From NCBI GenBank assembly GCA_973895155.1, contig OZ316899.1:15589974-15653973 (forward strand): DNA of 64,000 nt, written 5' to 3'. How positions within the stretch are numbered: position 1 is the first letter of the stretch; each line of letters opens with the position of its first letter. A program made the position numbers and the translations under genes. Below, piece by piece: positions 47,910-61,700 of this stretch. The DNA is from Marsupella aquatica. Its lineage: Eukaryota > Plantae > Marchantiophyta. The notes under the pieces were generated by a model that made no database searches, was not told where the DNA came from, and was given only the letters and a program-made list of their open reading frames with translations.

Positions 47910-48330
47910 CTAGCCCGATGACTGTGAGTTGCACAAAAGATGTTGATGTGAGGAAAAGATTGTCAAGATGGAAAATGATATCAATGAGAGAAAAAAGATT
48001 TCGACGGGAGAAAAACATGTCGAGGTGAGAAAAAGATGTCGTGGTGAGAAACGACGACAAGGTGAGGAAAGAAGCAAAGACGAGTCAAAGAAGTTCAGGA
48101 GAGAAAAATGGTCAAGGGTGAAGGAAACATGTCGTGGTGATTATAAAGATGTCGTGGCGATATAAAGATGTCAAGGTGAGAGAAAGACGGTGATATAAAA
48201 AATATATAAGATATGGAGGTGATAAAAAGGTGTTCAAGCGAGGAAAAAAGGTCAAGGTGAGAAAAGATACCGAGGAGACAAATTAAGAAATGTCCAGGAG
48301 AGAAAAGATGTAGAGGGGAGAAAAAATTAT
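47910..48330 (-). mobile_element. Helitron 3' end with ~20-bp minirepeat array
   Basis: Minus strand ...gtgcaactcacagtcatcggg-CTAG|T, with repeated gagaaaagatgtcgaggt units. Confidence 0.65.
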
Positions 48331-49331
48331 ACATTTAGTTATTTATAATCAAGTTTCTATATTGGGTGGATTTAGGGTGGATCTAAATTAAACTTCGATA
48401 CATACCCTCAATTGTAGCTTGGGAAGGCATTTACTTTACATCGTGTGTATGGATAGATCTGACAAGGTAAGATTGATTCCCATTTTTGGAAACAACTATA
48501 CCCTATTTCTGGTGGTGATAGGGTATTCTACACACCTTCCCCCCTCTCATGACATCAAAGAGAAAATTGGAATTTAGCTTTTTGATAAATAAATATTCTT
48601 CACAATTATACACACTCATTTTAGCTGTATAGGGTGGAGAGTATTACCAATTATACTTCCTTCAAGTAATACAAATGCCTTTAACATGCAACGAGTAAAC
48701 CCTAAAACCCTATTAAATATTCATGTCTGACAAATTAACTTTGTTGTTGTTAATTTGTGCACTCACAATTATTATCACTTATTGTCTAGCTTGTCTCCTT
48801 TGGTTACACTGATTTCTAGGTGATCCAAGGTGGGAGACTGGGAGTAAACTATAACATAAATCCAATGCTCAGCCATGAGAGATGTGCTTAGTAGACCCCC
48901 TTCTGGAAAAATCTTTCTTAATCAACCCCCTGCTTACTTTTCCCCAGTCTGGACCATTGATAGACATTTCAATTTCAGATCTGGACCATTCATAGACCTC
49001 AGGGGGTCGATCATTAGGGAATTGTTCCCAGCAAATCTCATTAGGTAAAGGGACGGTTTTGTTTTCAGTTTTGGCCGGATTAAGTATTTTAGTTGAAGAT
49101 AGATAGGTGATTTTGCACAAAAGTACATATATATTGAATAAAAACGTTTTCAAGTTTGAAAGTGGAAGCGATGGGATGTTATTTCTAAAAGTGTTTCCAT
49201 TTGGGAATTCTTGGTGATAGAAAAGTGGTCAAAAGGCAACAAAAACAACTTGATTTCATCAAAATAACTTTAAAGAATGAGTTGGGGGAAGGAAGGAGAG
49301 GTCGAATTTGCGCTGCATGCAAACCACCCCT

Positions 49332-49376
49332 GAAACCCTAAACCCACCCCTAAACCCTAAACCCTATCCCCTAAAA
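49332..49376. repeat. Interstitial plant telomere-like (AAACCCT)n motifs; further clusters near 41275, 43418, 46150, 46558 and 46993
   Basis: Degenerate AAACCCT/TTTAGGG runs of 2-5 units. Confidence 0.8.
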
Positions 49377-50135
49377 CGGAAATCCCAAAACTTTGTGGTC
49401 CAAAAGGAGTGCATTGTACCAAGTGAAGTGATATCCGAGCACTTGTTCAAATTTTAGGCAGGGAAGAGTGCAGAAGTTGTTGAAGCAAGAAATCAATGAG
49501 AAAAAAAATTGAAAAAATGAGTTGTGGGTGGAGAGGAGAGGTACCGGTAGAAGTCGTGTGGCAGGGTAGGTTTTCTCTCTCATCCCCATCCCCCACCCCA
49601 CATATCGCTGTCCCCGACTGCATTGTTATTGCAAGGTTGTGGGAGAAAAACAAAAAGTCTGGAAAAAATATGTGATTCAACCTCCCTAAACCCTAAACTA
49701 TTAAACCTTTTTTTTCTACCTAGGATAAATGAGAAATTTCCTAATTAAACCATTTAGGCTAGGAATACCCAATGCCAGGTCTCTTGTCTTTAAAGATACA
49801 TATGTCTTACTTGTAAAGCGCAAAATGCAAGCTAGAGTTGGGGCCTAGGTTTCTAGAGTGAAGCCCTAACTCCATGGCTCATATTCTGGACGGAAAATTC
49901 ATGACTACTAGCCCCGACTACCCGTTCTTTGAACGTAAATAGAAGGGAGTACAATATAAATGACACCAAAAATAGTCCTTATTCACATTCTTTGAGATTA
50001 ATGAAATAAATAAATAAAACATCATCCATGTCATCATTTTAATAATTATCCATAACAAACCATACTCTTTTCTATGCACATCCCTCTTTCCATGCACATA
50101 TGTTATGGTGGGGGACCATAGAGTACATTTTTTAA

Positions 50136-52875
50136 TCTATCTATCGATCTATCGATCTATCTACCTATCTACTCACTATAATATACAATCCCGCCCTTTT
50201 TTACTTCTCATCTGCTTACAAAATGCAGTTTTGGAGGGAACTCATTAATATGACCCTTGGATATAGATATAGCATGCTCATCCTGGAACATGCTTTATTT
50301 TTTGTCTTGTAGTGATGTGAAAGTAAATAAAATATGAGAGCATAGAAGTGCTGTTATATAAGTAAAGTGTCTGCCAAGAAAAGCACAGTGACCAAGAAAA
50401 GGTACAGTCAAACGATGCTACAATATGTGCACTTAACTCAGGGTGCCTTATGAATGACACTCCTTTCAATAAAAACCCTAAACCTAGGAAAGAAAAACAT
50501 GAGGAAAACTTAAGAGGCTATGCATTCATTGTTCTTCATCATCATTTCTCTCACTCGTGGTGGCGGAGACTTTGGTTTCATCTCTAAGAAAACACATACT
50601 GTGAAAGGGGGCTGCCAAAATAAGTTCAAAACACTCTAGAATACCTAAAACTAAAGGGGTCTAAAAATTAATTTTAAATGTATAGAATACAAAGGCTACC
50701 CCTTGATAAGGCAGATTAAAATGAAAATACATGACACAAAAATCTGAATAAGACAAAATCTGAAATGTGCATTCTCTTCATCTGCTTTCAAAATGCAGTT
50801 TTGGAGGGAACTCATTAATATGACCCTTGGATTTAAGGCCTAAATATTCCTGTCCATGAGATTGGGTGCAAGGAAGAATAAAGACTCTCTCCTAGCTTGG
50901 AACACGGATGCGCTTTCACCCACACCTAGACTATTGCACTAACATCCATAAAAGGATTCTAATATCAAAGTGACTGGAAATTCAATGTGAGTTGACCTGT
51001 GGCTATAATGGATAGGTGGATCTAACAAGAAAATCTAGGTAGAGTCACATAACTTTTGGACACATGTTTGTCGCATTCAATTAAAGTATACATATAGAAA
51101 AAGAACAATACAAATTAGAGGTTTTAGTTCAAAAGACATAATTCATAGGAAAGTGGAAAAAAGGCTATTGAGGGGAGAACTAAATTAATTTATTATTTTT
51201 CTATTCTCTCTATGAGGAATTTCTTCAAACTTACATTATTTAACACTAAATCCTAATGCATTTTTGCAATAACCATATTGACCAAGGACACAAATGAATG
51301 GCCCCACACATAAAAACGGCCACAACAAGGACAATGAGTTTATTAACTAGACATCTTTTATCGCCTCAATATCTTTAAGGTTCTCTCCTTGATATCTTTC
51401 CTCACCTCGACATCTTTTCTCTCTTGATATCTTTTATCACCTCAAACATCTTTTTTCATCTCAACAGCTTTCATCTTTTTTCATCTCAACATTTTTTTCT
51501 CTCCTTAACATCTTTTTTCTTCTCAATGCCTTTCGCTTGGACTTTCTATTCAGAGATTCACTTTTTCTTGTTTGTTACCTAAAAGTCACTCAAGTTTTTA
51601 CGTACATTAACTGTCCTAGTTACTGGCATTATGAGAATCTTTCTTCTACAACTATAGTACAGTATCCCGCCAGATTTCGTCCTTCGTCCCCTTATGAAAT
51701 GCAGTCTTGGCTGGAATCATCCCTGGCCATTGATCTTTTTTGAGGTCTTTGCATCACCGTTGGTCATGAAAACGAGAGGTACTTGAGGTATTTATTAGCC
51801 CTCTGCAGGGCAGCTGCATACCTTCCTCTCTTGAAAGGGCGGTGGAAGCCCTGATATGCCACACACTGACACACACCTGACATCCTCAGCACTTTATTCT
51901 AGAATAGTTGTATTGTACTAGAAAGTACAATAATTATGGCTGGTACCAGATTGTCCTTTTTTGTTCTCCCATTGGGAATACCAGGGTACAATAATATTAT
52001 AATAATTCGGAGCTACGCAAACTAAGATGAGGGGGAAGGTAGACAGGAAATTGGCCGAGAGGAAAAAAATGGGGGAAGGGGGAATATAGAGGAAAAAAGA
52101 CAGAAATTGAGTAAATGGAGAACAATTTCAAAAAGAAAGACACAATGGGAAATTAAAGAAAAGACAAATAATTATAAAGCACTATGCAAAGATGAGAGGG
52201 AGAGTAGCAAGAACTTGGCCAGCAAGGTAAACTAAGGGAAGTGGAAGAGTTAAAAGGTGTGAAAAAAAGGGAAGTGGAAAAAAGCAGAATAATCTTGCAT
52301 ATTTCTGTATCATGTTTTTAATAGCAGTATTTAAAATAAGTATTAATAATTTTGAATTTCATTTTAATAAAAGTTGATTTATGGCATACTTTCTTTTACG
52401 TAATGATTGACATCTTTTCTCCGTGATATCCCTTGCATAACATTGTATTTTATGTAGTGACATTTTTTTACGCAACAACATCTTTTTTTGCAACGCATAT
52501 GGAACAAATTTGACTACATTTTCTGTGTTTGCTTTACAACTTACCCTAAACTTTGCCATCTTTGTCTCCTCTCAACATCTTTTGGGCAATAAACAGACAT
52601 TTTTTGTGTCCTTTACCTTACCGCAACATCTTTCCATAAACCCTCAACATTGGTTCATTGTGTTCGCATCTTTTTTTCACCTTGCCATCGTTTCTCTCCT
52701 CTACATCTTTTTCTCACTTCCATTTCTTTTTCTCCCGTTGACACCTTTTCTCACCTCAACATCTTTCCTCTCCTGGACATCTTGCCCTCCAGCCCTCGCC
52801 TTGGATTCTATGTCTCTCCTCAACATCTTGCACTCACCTAAAAATGTTTTGTGCAACGCACGGGCATGGGGCTAG
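50136..52875 (+). mobile_element. Composite non-autonomous Helitron, 2.74 kb
   Basis: A|TCTATCTATC at 50135/50136; GTGCAACGCACGGGC..CTAG|T at the 3' end (52872-52876). Internal ~60-bp duplication (about 50203-50262 and 50775-50832) and extra segments absent from the 870-bp copy. Confidence 0.85.
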
Positions 52876-53769
52876 TATCTCTTAATGCCCTCCAATGACC
52901 AGGACATTACCCTATTTGTGTTCCACCATCTACTCCTATATGAATCCAGCGATCTCAATTATAATTCACGCCTTTTCATTGTCGTACACACACGACTGCT
53001 CATGAATCGCAGGATCCACTCACGCCGGGGACTGGGACCGATCCACTCACGCTTGGACTGGGACCTGCGGAGCGGAGGTTTTATTAATCATGATTGGGTA
53101 CGGTTGCTTTTCTTTTAGGCCTGAGCGAAGGTTCGGGAAGGACACAAAAGGGTATCGAAGGAGCGGGCCACTTCCCACTGCTCTTTCTTATATTCTTGCC
53201 ATTTTGCGAAAGCTCTCTTGTCCTTCTGCGAAAACGCTTGCATCAGCAACTCCACAAACTCACGCGTTCTATCGATCATATTGCTAACGATTGTGGCAGA
53301 ATTTCACTCGTTGAGCTTGCCCATGTCCAGCATGGCCATCTAGTTCAGGAATTCCTTTTGTCTCCCAGGGAAGTCACATTGCCGCAACGCTAGCCTTGGA
53401 AGTGGGAAATCTAGAAAGAGTTGGGACGAGCCATCCGTGGTGTCGCTAAAAAACATTGCAACAAAGATCTCCAACCTCTCCTTCGAGCAGAGATATACAC
53501 AACACAAACTGTTCTTTGACGGAAGTAAATGTCTAGACATCTGGGAAGCTTTCCTTGGGCTCCAGGACCACATCTTCAGAACTACTCCAGGGGTTGATTG
53601 ATTTGACCCGCCACCACATTGATCACGTGCCCATGATCGGTCCCATCAGCTAGGGCACAAGGGACTCATGGCGTCAGGAGTTGGAGGGCCATCACAACGA
53701 CGGCAGCCGCAACCCGGGAATGAAGCCGTGGCCACGGTTCCAGTAGTAGTGGCATCGCCGCCACCCGTA

Positions 53770-54347
53770 GGCCCTCACTCTTTGTATATTATACAATCAT
53801 ACCTGTGAGCCTCCCCTACACAGGTACCCATTCTTATTAATTTTTCTCCTATAGAGATTATCCTTGCTTTTTATAAAAACCAAAAATTTCCTCTTATTAA
53901 AGTATCTTCAGTGTATTACAAAAGGGAGTTTTGGGCAATAATAATTATCCTTCATATATTACAATTTCACTCCACACACCCGGTCCATCCCCCCAGGATC
54001 GCCCCCAATCCTCCCTTCAAATTGTTTTTGGCTTAGCATAGCTGCCAGTATTACTATTTTAATCTATGAAGGAGATATGGATACTGTAAGGATAATACAC
54101 GTGTATCAATTATAATTTGACACGTGTACCAACAATATGATGTCGCGTGTTGCTACCTATTGATTTACCCTTTTGCAAAAGTAAGAAGGATGTCATTTCA
54201 AGGGATCTTGCAAAATTACAAAGTGGTTTTGGTATATATGCGGAGGTTGCGGAATTGTAAGCGAATTATAAAAATTACCGCCGAAGGGATAAAAATGACC
54301 CTTGAACGGTTCTCACGTCCTCCCCGTATTAGAAAGGAGTGGGGGCC
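53770..54347. mobile_element. AT-rich MITE with GGCCC-type TIRs (PIF/Harbinger-like)
   Basis: Left GGCCCTCACTCTTT, right reverse complement GGCCCCCACTCCTTT. It interrupts a GC-rich coding linker. TSD not clean. Confidence 0.6.
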
Positions 54348-56111
54348 CAGGGGCCGCCACCAGCCCCGATGTTACCCTTGAGCAGTGGGCAGCAACAACA
54401 ACAACAACAACGGGCGCCGCCGCCCAGGGCAACACCACCACCAGTTGAGCCACCATACCTGAGTTCTGACAAGGAGTCCATTCCTCTCAATAGACGACCC
54501 TCTCGCCAACCCACCCAAGCACAAATCCGAGTAGCGGCGGCCCAGGTAGACCAGACGCAGGGCCAGGCTTGCCAGACATCGACACCAATGGTTGTCACCT
54601 TGCCCACATAGCCCGCCCAATCAGATAGTAGGGAGGATCGGGATTCCGGATTATCACACCCGACCGATCATTCCGAAAGCCGAAACTGGAACCGCAAGAG
54701 GAAGGAGCCAACGGTGTCATTGGCCCACTTACCCATGGAGGTAGCCCGATTGATGCTACATCGGATGGGAGAAAACCTCCACCGGAAGATCCTCCATACC
54801 GCGCATGACGCCTACATCCGGGCACAGGGATTTGAGCACCTTGTGACCCTGCCCTGGAACACGAGCCGCTACTACACTAAGGACTTTGCACACTTCATCA
54901 CCAACTACAACGCAATGCAGGAAACTACAAGAGTGGAAGGACGCCTGATGTCCTTATCGGAAAATAGATTGTGGAGGATCTTTGGCTTACCCGAAGGCAC
55001 GGACAAGGTGGAGTCCAGTGCCCCCGGGAGGAAAGGGGGCAAGGTATCACTCCTCCAATTTTCCACCAGATGGGCACATCGACAACAGCTTCCTCAATCG
55101 GACGTGCCTCAGGCCGGAGATTGCAGAGCGCCTGGAGTTCCAGAGATACGCCATCCACCTGATGGAGCCGCGATGAGATATCTCTGCTGCACAGGTAATT
55201 CAAGTGGAGAATTACAGGCCAAGGAGGTGGGCTTCCTACTTCGCAAGGAGGTTCCACGAGGAGATGCTCCGGCTGCAGAATACCTTCCACATCGGGGGCA
55301 AGGCACATATGGCCAGCCACATCAAGATCATCCTCCATTGGTATGCCCGATTCGATCGAGGAGGTTTAGGGTGCAATGTGATGGAAATCATTGATCATCC
55401 ATTCTTTCTGTCCGACCAATGGCCCTAGCCCGAAGCAAGGAGCCTGGTAGACACGCCGGACAACATGAGACCGAACCTGGTGGCCGACTTGGTTGCCATG
55501 GATGCCCAGGGCCAGGCCATAGCCGCAATCATGGGGATTTGGGATCTTGTAACAACCATGGATCCAGAGCCGGCCCTCAAAGCCAAGCACTCTTCCCCGG
55601 TTGACATGACCCCGGAGCAAGCCGGTTTCTCACGTTGACCAAGGCAAGATTTGTAGGGCCAAGTTCCTTGTCAGGATCCACAGTCAATTGCGGCCAAGTT
55701 TCTCATCGCCTTGCTGGGGAATGTAACCAAGAATGTCTGCCGCGAGATGGGTTCGCTCATGACGGACATCTTCACTGTAACCAAAGACGAGTACCAAACT
55801 TCCCAATGTTAGAGGGAGGATGCGGAAAACTGATGCTACACTAAGACTACCAAGGCGATCCAAGCACATTTTAAAGAGGCCAATGACAAAATAAATGAGT
55901 ATGTGGCTTTGTCATTCATCACGACCGCGGACAAGGATGCGGAGATAGCTCGGCTTCGGACCCAGATCTACAAACTAGAGGGTCAGGAGCACAAATAGCG
56001 GATGGACATGATCAAGGAAGAAGCCACGACAGGGGTCGACGCTCTCAAGGCCGAGGTTGATTGCCTTAGGAGAGAGGTCACCGAGAAAGGCCACCTAACG
56101 GACATGCTACA

Positions 56112-57844
56112 TTTTTTACCTAAAGTATCATGGGTCTTCTCGATTGGAAATGGCCCAGTTTGATGAGCACTTGACTGACTCTGTCTACTTCCAACCTATT
56201 CTGGCAATGATGTTGCTGCAAGGTGATGTAGAAGTGGAGGATCCTGACCTAGTCCTGGCCTACTTTGTGCTTACTTTTCTCATGTAGAGTAAGAAATCAA
56301 CTTCTTGGCAGAACAACTACATCCCTAAGGAACCTAAGGTTATGCTGGTTTCAACCAGCACATTGGCTGATAAGCAGAGAATCTGGGATAATGTCACCAC
56401 TCACACTCTGGGCAAGTTCAACCAGTAATTTAAGGATGTTTGCTGGAAAATTCGACCTTTCTACTCAAAGATGATGAGAACTGAGGATTTCATGGCCTAT
56501 TATTCCCAAGTTCATGCTGCTACCTGCAATCACTATGATGTGATTGGAATTTATAGGGAGGCACTCTGAATAGACTCTTGTTATTTGATGAGGAGAATGC
56601 CTATGATGTATCCAGATAGGCAACTGGTTTGTTTGCCCTATTCTCGAGGTTCACCACAACAGGCTGAGCTCATGGAGGTTATCCAATCTGGCACTGTTGC
56701 TTTTGTGGAGCTTCTCGAAATCAACGACATTTGACACCGAGACTAAGGCAGAAGTCCTAAGTGTTTTTAGTTAGTTTAGAGTAATGCATCTTGTCCAATT
56801 TTTAGAAATATGCTCTAGAGCTTTAAAAGTCATGAAACCTTTTCAGGATGTAGTTTGTACTTAGGAAAGCCTTCTGGAAAAATTTGAGGCTTTTCTGAGC
56901 TACGAGTAGGAAGTTAAAAATAGTTGAATTTGCCAAGTTTTTACTTTTGTTGCAATTACGAGTTACGACTTAGTTAGACTTTTACGAGTTTAAGAGTTTA
57001 CTAGTTCACAGCTTTTACTAGTTTACGAGTTTACACTTAGCCAGATTTCCAGCTTTTCACTTACTGAATCGTCATTTTAACTTTTTGAGAGTTATGAAGA
57101 GGCATGTCTCTTTGACCCTGTGACCTCTCACTCGGTAGATTTTTACTATAAGATAACTCTACCACTAGTGTAGTTGATGGTTAAGTTGTGCATTTTTGCC
57201 TCTCCCTCTTGTTAAGTCTATTGATTCTAAATCAGGCTTAATAACAGGAGAGACTTACCTCCTTCTTGTGTTTCTACACTTATCATAAACACAAGAAGTA
57301 AAATTGCATTTGTAAGAAATCTTTGGAGCTTGTGATGACAGATTCCTCCTTGGTGACTCATTACAAATTCCTAAGTTCTTAAAGTTAACTCGTTGAGTTT
57401 ATCTGAGTACCACTTAGAAAGAAAGGATAAGACATGTTGATGTCATTTTAAAAGGTACTCTAGTAAGCAGTTTAGATCTGAAAAGCAAACGTGGATTTGA
57501 ATCCTTAAGTCTTTTCATTTTGACTTATGTTTAAGGAGCAACCTTGGTCAATTCCAGACTCCCTTAGCATACTTTAAGATATTTTCCTTTGTGTTTTGTT
57601 AATCATTCTCTTTTCATTAATTTATGGTTATACAATGTTGAGTTACCATTAAAAACTACTCACCGCTGTGGAGCGATCTTCAAAATACCTTAGTAAAGTA
57701 ATCAAACTTGATTACTATGTGTGGAAAACATCTTAAGTCTATTATTATTGTTTAAATCTATCAAACCAACCCCATCTTGTTCTTTACGGGAACGAATACT
57801 GAGTTTGAAAACCTTTAAATGTATTTTTGGTTCTTCATAGCAAA
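56112..57844. mobile_element. ~1.7-kb insertion of unknown type (LTR-like composition)
   Basis: Splits the coiled-coil region. CTACA lies on both sides (56107-56111 and 57845-57849), but the termini are not canonical. Confidence 0.4.
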
Positions 57845-58431
57845 CTACAGCGACAGAGGAGGTCAACATCATGCAGCGGGAGTTTAACTCCTTGAACCAC
57901 CAGATCCGGGTCCTCCGGAAGGACAATGATCGCCTGTGGGGTCATCGGATAGAGTTTGGGAGGGACTAGCAAGCGGGATTCACGGAAGGTGGAAGCGACG
58001 ATGTCCAGGGGACACTGGCTAGGATTAGGTTGGGATTACACCGCTGGCTTCGCTGGGGCCGCAGGTATTAGTGTTCCGACTATCAAATCCTGCCATTTTA
58101 ATTATGCTTCATTTTGTAAACATTGCAGTTACAATCGTTTTTGGGACGCTAGGAGATCGGTACCTATAGGCTTTTCTACCATTAGTTGCTAGTTTCAATG
58201 TTCACACGCAATGCGATAATCAGATAGTTCAACATTTGGTTACGCAGCTTGTTTTCCAACCATGTAGTTACAATGAAGAGAATTTTGCAAGTGTCTATAT
58301 CTCTGTGAAAGCCTGTGATGAGGAACGGAATGAGGAGAGTAAACCCGACCCGGGCGGCCCACGCCAGTGATATACTGGGTGCCAAACTGTAATCCTAAAG
58401 CATAAGTTTCAGACGCCCTAGTCAGTACCCC

Positions 58432-58470
<39 letters not shown>
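58432..58470. repeat. (TAG)13 microsatellite
   Basis: Direct read. Confidence 0.95.
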
Positions 58471-58472
<2 letters not shown>

Positions 58473-58739
58473 AGGAGGCAAAGGTTGAGACGGGCCACGA
58501 GCATGAATGGTCATGGGTTTAGCATGGGTTACGACTACCCCGCCCACTAAACCCTATGCGACACTCGCGTGGGGGCATTGTTGCCACGGTTAGGTTTTTC
58601 GCTGATTTCCACAATTTCCTGGTTACTGAGAGTCTAGGGGGGCGGGCCGGGCTGTGAATGGTCAGTGTATCGCCTTCATCAGCTGGCAACGCCCTATCAG
58701 ATTCCCAGGGCGGGAAGACGTCCTTGTGTGTACTAAACT

Positions 58740-61700
58740 ATAGCTTGTTTTGCATTGAACACGAGTCTCTGGTCGGCAACAAGGATAGAGCAAGCTCTCT
58801 TCATTCTTCCGATGATGGTTTCATCCTCATCACAGCTGCCACCACCCGCACAAAATTGTTCAGCATTCTCTCCACGTCCATTGAAAGTAGCCAAGGCTCA
58901 AATTTACTATCATCCATTGGCATGTCAGGAAACAGCTGCCTGAGTCAACTGCGCGAGACGTCATTCCTATATGCATGCCAGATTAGAATTTGTATCCTCT
59001 CCGGACAGATCGTTGCAGGTGCTGCTCCCGGATTCCCACTTCTGCACCTGGGTTTGGTAGATTTTATCAAACGGAAAGAAGCACTTGAAGCAAGCATTGA
59101 CGTTCTTGACTCTTCACATTATAGTTGGAAACCCGATGGCGATTGGACAGACACCGCAGGCATAACCCTCTCATTACGCCACACTCCCTTATTGCATGAT
59201 TTGCAGGGCTATGCGAGTCCTCCCAACACAGGAGACATCGCCTCCCATCACCCCCATGCCAGCGAACATACTCAAGATCGATGATATCGTTTTGCTGTTT
59301 GCCTCTATCCTTATGCTCTCCAGTCTCGGAATATATACATCCTGAACAACTGCTGCGTCTGGCCTTGTGTGTGAGTGGTGTCTCGGGTGATTGCCTCCAC
59401 TTTGGCTTGGCGTGGTAGCCGCGGCTTCCAGGCACATGTCGCATGCCAAGCTGCCGGGAAGCAGGGCACAAACCTGTGCCTTCCCATCCATCTCAAGGAG
59501 AAGGTTGTATCGCTGCCAATGGTACTGTTTGCGATCCATTGGTGCGCAATCTTCATGCTCTCCTGGTTGACTCCTTCGATTTGCACGGATGGCGCGGACA
59601 ATGCCCAGGAACAATAGTCCTTGCGCAGAACCACCACGCACACTCCGGGCCGGCCGTCCGGTCCACATCTGCCCGACTCTTGGTGGTAGTCTTCCAACCC
59701 ATAAAAGCCTCCCTGATGCACGACCAAACGAATGCTGGGACAGTTTTATCCGCAAGCAATCACTATGGTCGCCACCATGACTTTAGGCATGCCCGCCTCC
59801 CAACTTCGTAGCTTGCTAAGTCTATCTGCCTTCACAATGTCCGAGGTTAAGAAGCAGCTTTGGACATGATGTTGTCGTAGAGTTGGATCCAAATCCACAG
59901 CTTCATTCTTTGTCATAGTGTATACCAGGGATCTGTCCTCTATGCCGGGGGTGGCCACCCAATTGCGTACAAGTTCCACCATTTTCAAATCCAGCCTGGC
60001 CTCATCCTCCACAACTCTATACTCAAGGTTGGGTCGTGTTGTACAGGACCAAATCACCTTCCATGGACTCCCAACTTCCCCCATAACGCCGCTTCCTTGC
60101 GGGGTGGTAGAGAGGCCGTCAATCCAATCAGCTGACAATGCAGTCGGGAAAGCCAGAGAAGCAGTGCCATGGACTGATGACGGTAGGGACACAACACCGT
60201 ATGCACCTCGTCTATGATGATTGAATGCAATTTTCCGGCACAAATGAGTTGTCTGGCCCAACTTTGGAAACTCTCTTGGATGGCAATCTTGACAGGGACA
60301 AACACGAGCGGAGGCGCCTTTACCACAGGGATACAACTCACCCTAAACTCCAAACATTCAAAGCCTGCGGCCCTGCACTCCGCCATCTGAGTGTGGATCA
60401 ACACATACAGAGGAACGACGACAACCACCGTCCTTCCGCTACTCCGAGCGGCTGCCATGAAAACGGCCGATTTCTCGGAACCCGCGGGTAGGATGGCTAC
60501 AAATTCTGCATGTTGTCCACCGCTGCAACAATAGCAATTGCCTCCTCACGCAACTTCCAATCCTTGTGACCAAGGCTGTGAATTGCAATCCGTGCTTCAT
60601 ACATCACAGCAGCATCCAGGCCCTCCAATTCATCACTGTGATCAGTGCTTGATCCATCATCACATTTGTGAAGGATCCGGATTTGCTTTGAGGGCGGAGC
60701 AAACTCAACTTTACACCTGGGCGAGGCAGGACCACCGCCGCGCCCGGCCGCAGCTTAGGCTCAGGCTCGGCCTTTGGGTGTCACCTAAGGTCTTTTGGCA
60801 GCCTCAGTAGACGGTGAAGCTTCTTTGTGACAAACCTAAAGTTCCTCCACCCATGTCAATCCACAACTCTCAAATCCTGGCTATTCTGTGCATAGTTATG
60901 GCCAGCGGTGGACACCGAGTGGCCTGTGGATGCATCCAACCCCTCATTAGCCAATGATATCTGGAGCTGGAACCGAATGGGCTTGGAAAAGAACGTTATA
61001 ATGTGCCAATGAGGCCTAATCCCAAACGGGGCCTTAAATCGTTTCAGGAACTCCCTCTCCACACTTGCACTCACATGCCGTGTTGAACGCCTTTTTCCGG
61101 TTTCAACAAACCAACAATCCGCGTACACCGCTGCTTCCTCTCCACCCCACAATTGACTCGCAACAAACACCTGCACAGGCCTCACCACGCTAAGGAATTG
61201 GAGGAAGGCTACCCTCAGACATAGGGGTAAGAACCAAACGATGTGCTTCGAGCGTCTTTGACCACACGTTTTGTTATATGTTTGGTGTATCACCAAGGTC
61301 CCTTCTGCCCATAGGAACGTCCGTTGGTTGGTTGTGGTGTTGCGGATCAAGAAACTGTTGTACTCCGCTGCCCTAGCTGGCTGACCCGATGTAAAATGCA
61401 GCAGCCAAGTGAGTCGATCGTTCAATCTATTGGCGGTGGCCAGCCATTCGCGCAGGGCCTTCTTGTTCCACATCTGGATGCCGTTCTCGTCGTAGCGATG
61501 GAAAAAATGCGATGATCTCATGTCATCGGAGAACAGGTGCTGGTGAAAATCGTGCATGTGCTTGTGGAATGGGTTTCTTTCTTGGGTGAGGAACGAGTAT
61601 CCGTTCCTATCTTTGTTGAGCTTGTCCACAATTACGCTGCCCCCGGGTACCAACAGTCGCTCCAACCAATTCCGTGTCCAGACCCAGAAGAAACTTGTTC

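Larger units (their letters stand above)
53300..57970 (+). pseudogene. Diverged homologue of the 15617/31074 protein, broken by two insertions
   Basis: FFDGSKCLDIWEAFL..DLTRHHIDHVP (~53510-53632); LHRMGENLHRKILH..GFEHLVTLPWN (54714); RWASYFARRFHEEM (55204). The tail EEVNIMQREFNSLNHQIRVLRKDNDRL resumes at ~57856. Confidence 0.75.

Noticed and set aside
46550-49700. True telomere or chromosome fusion site
   Set aside because: Only short degenerate AAACCCT runs are present, scattered within non-autonomous elements.
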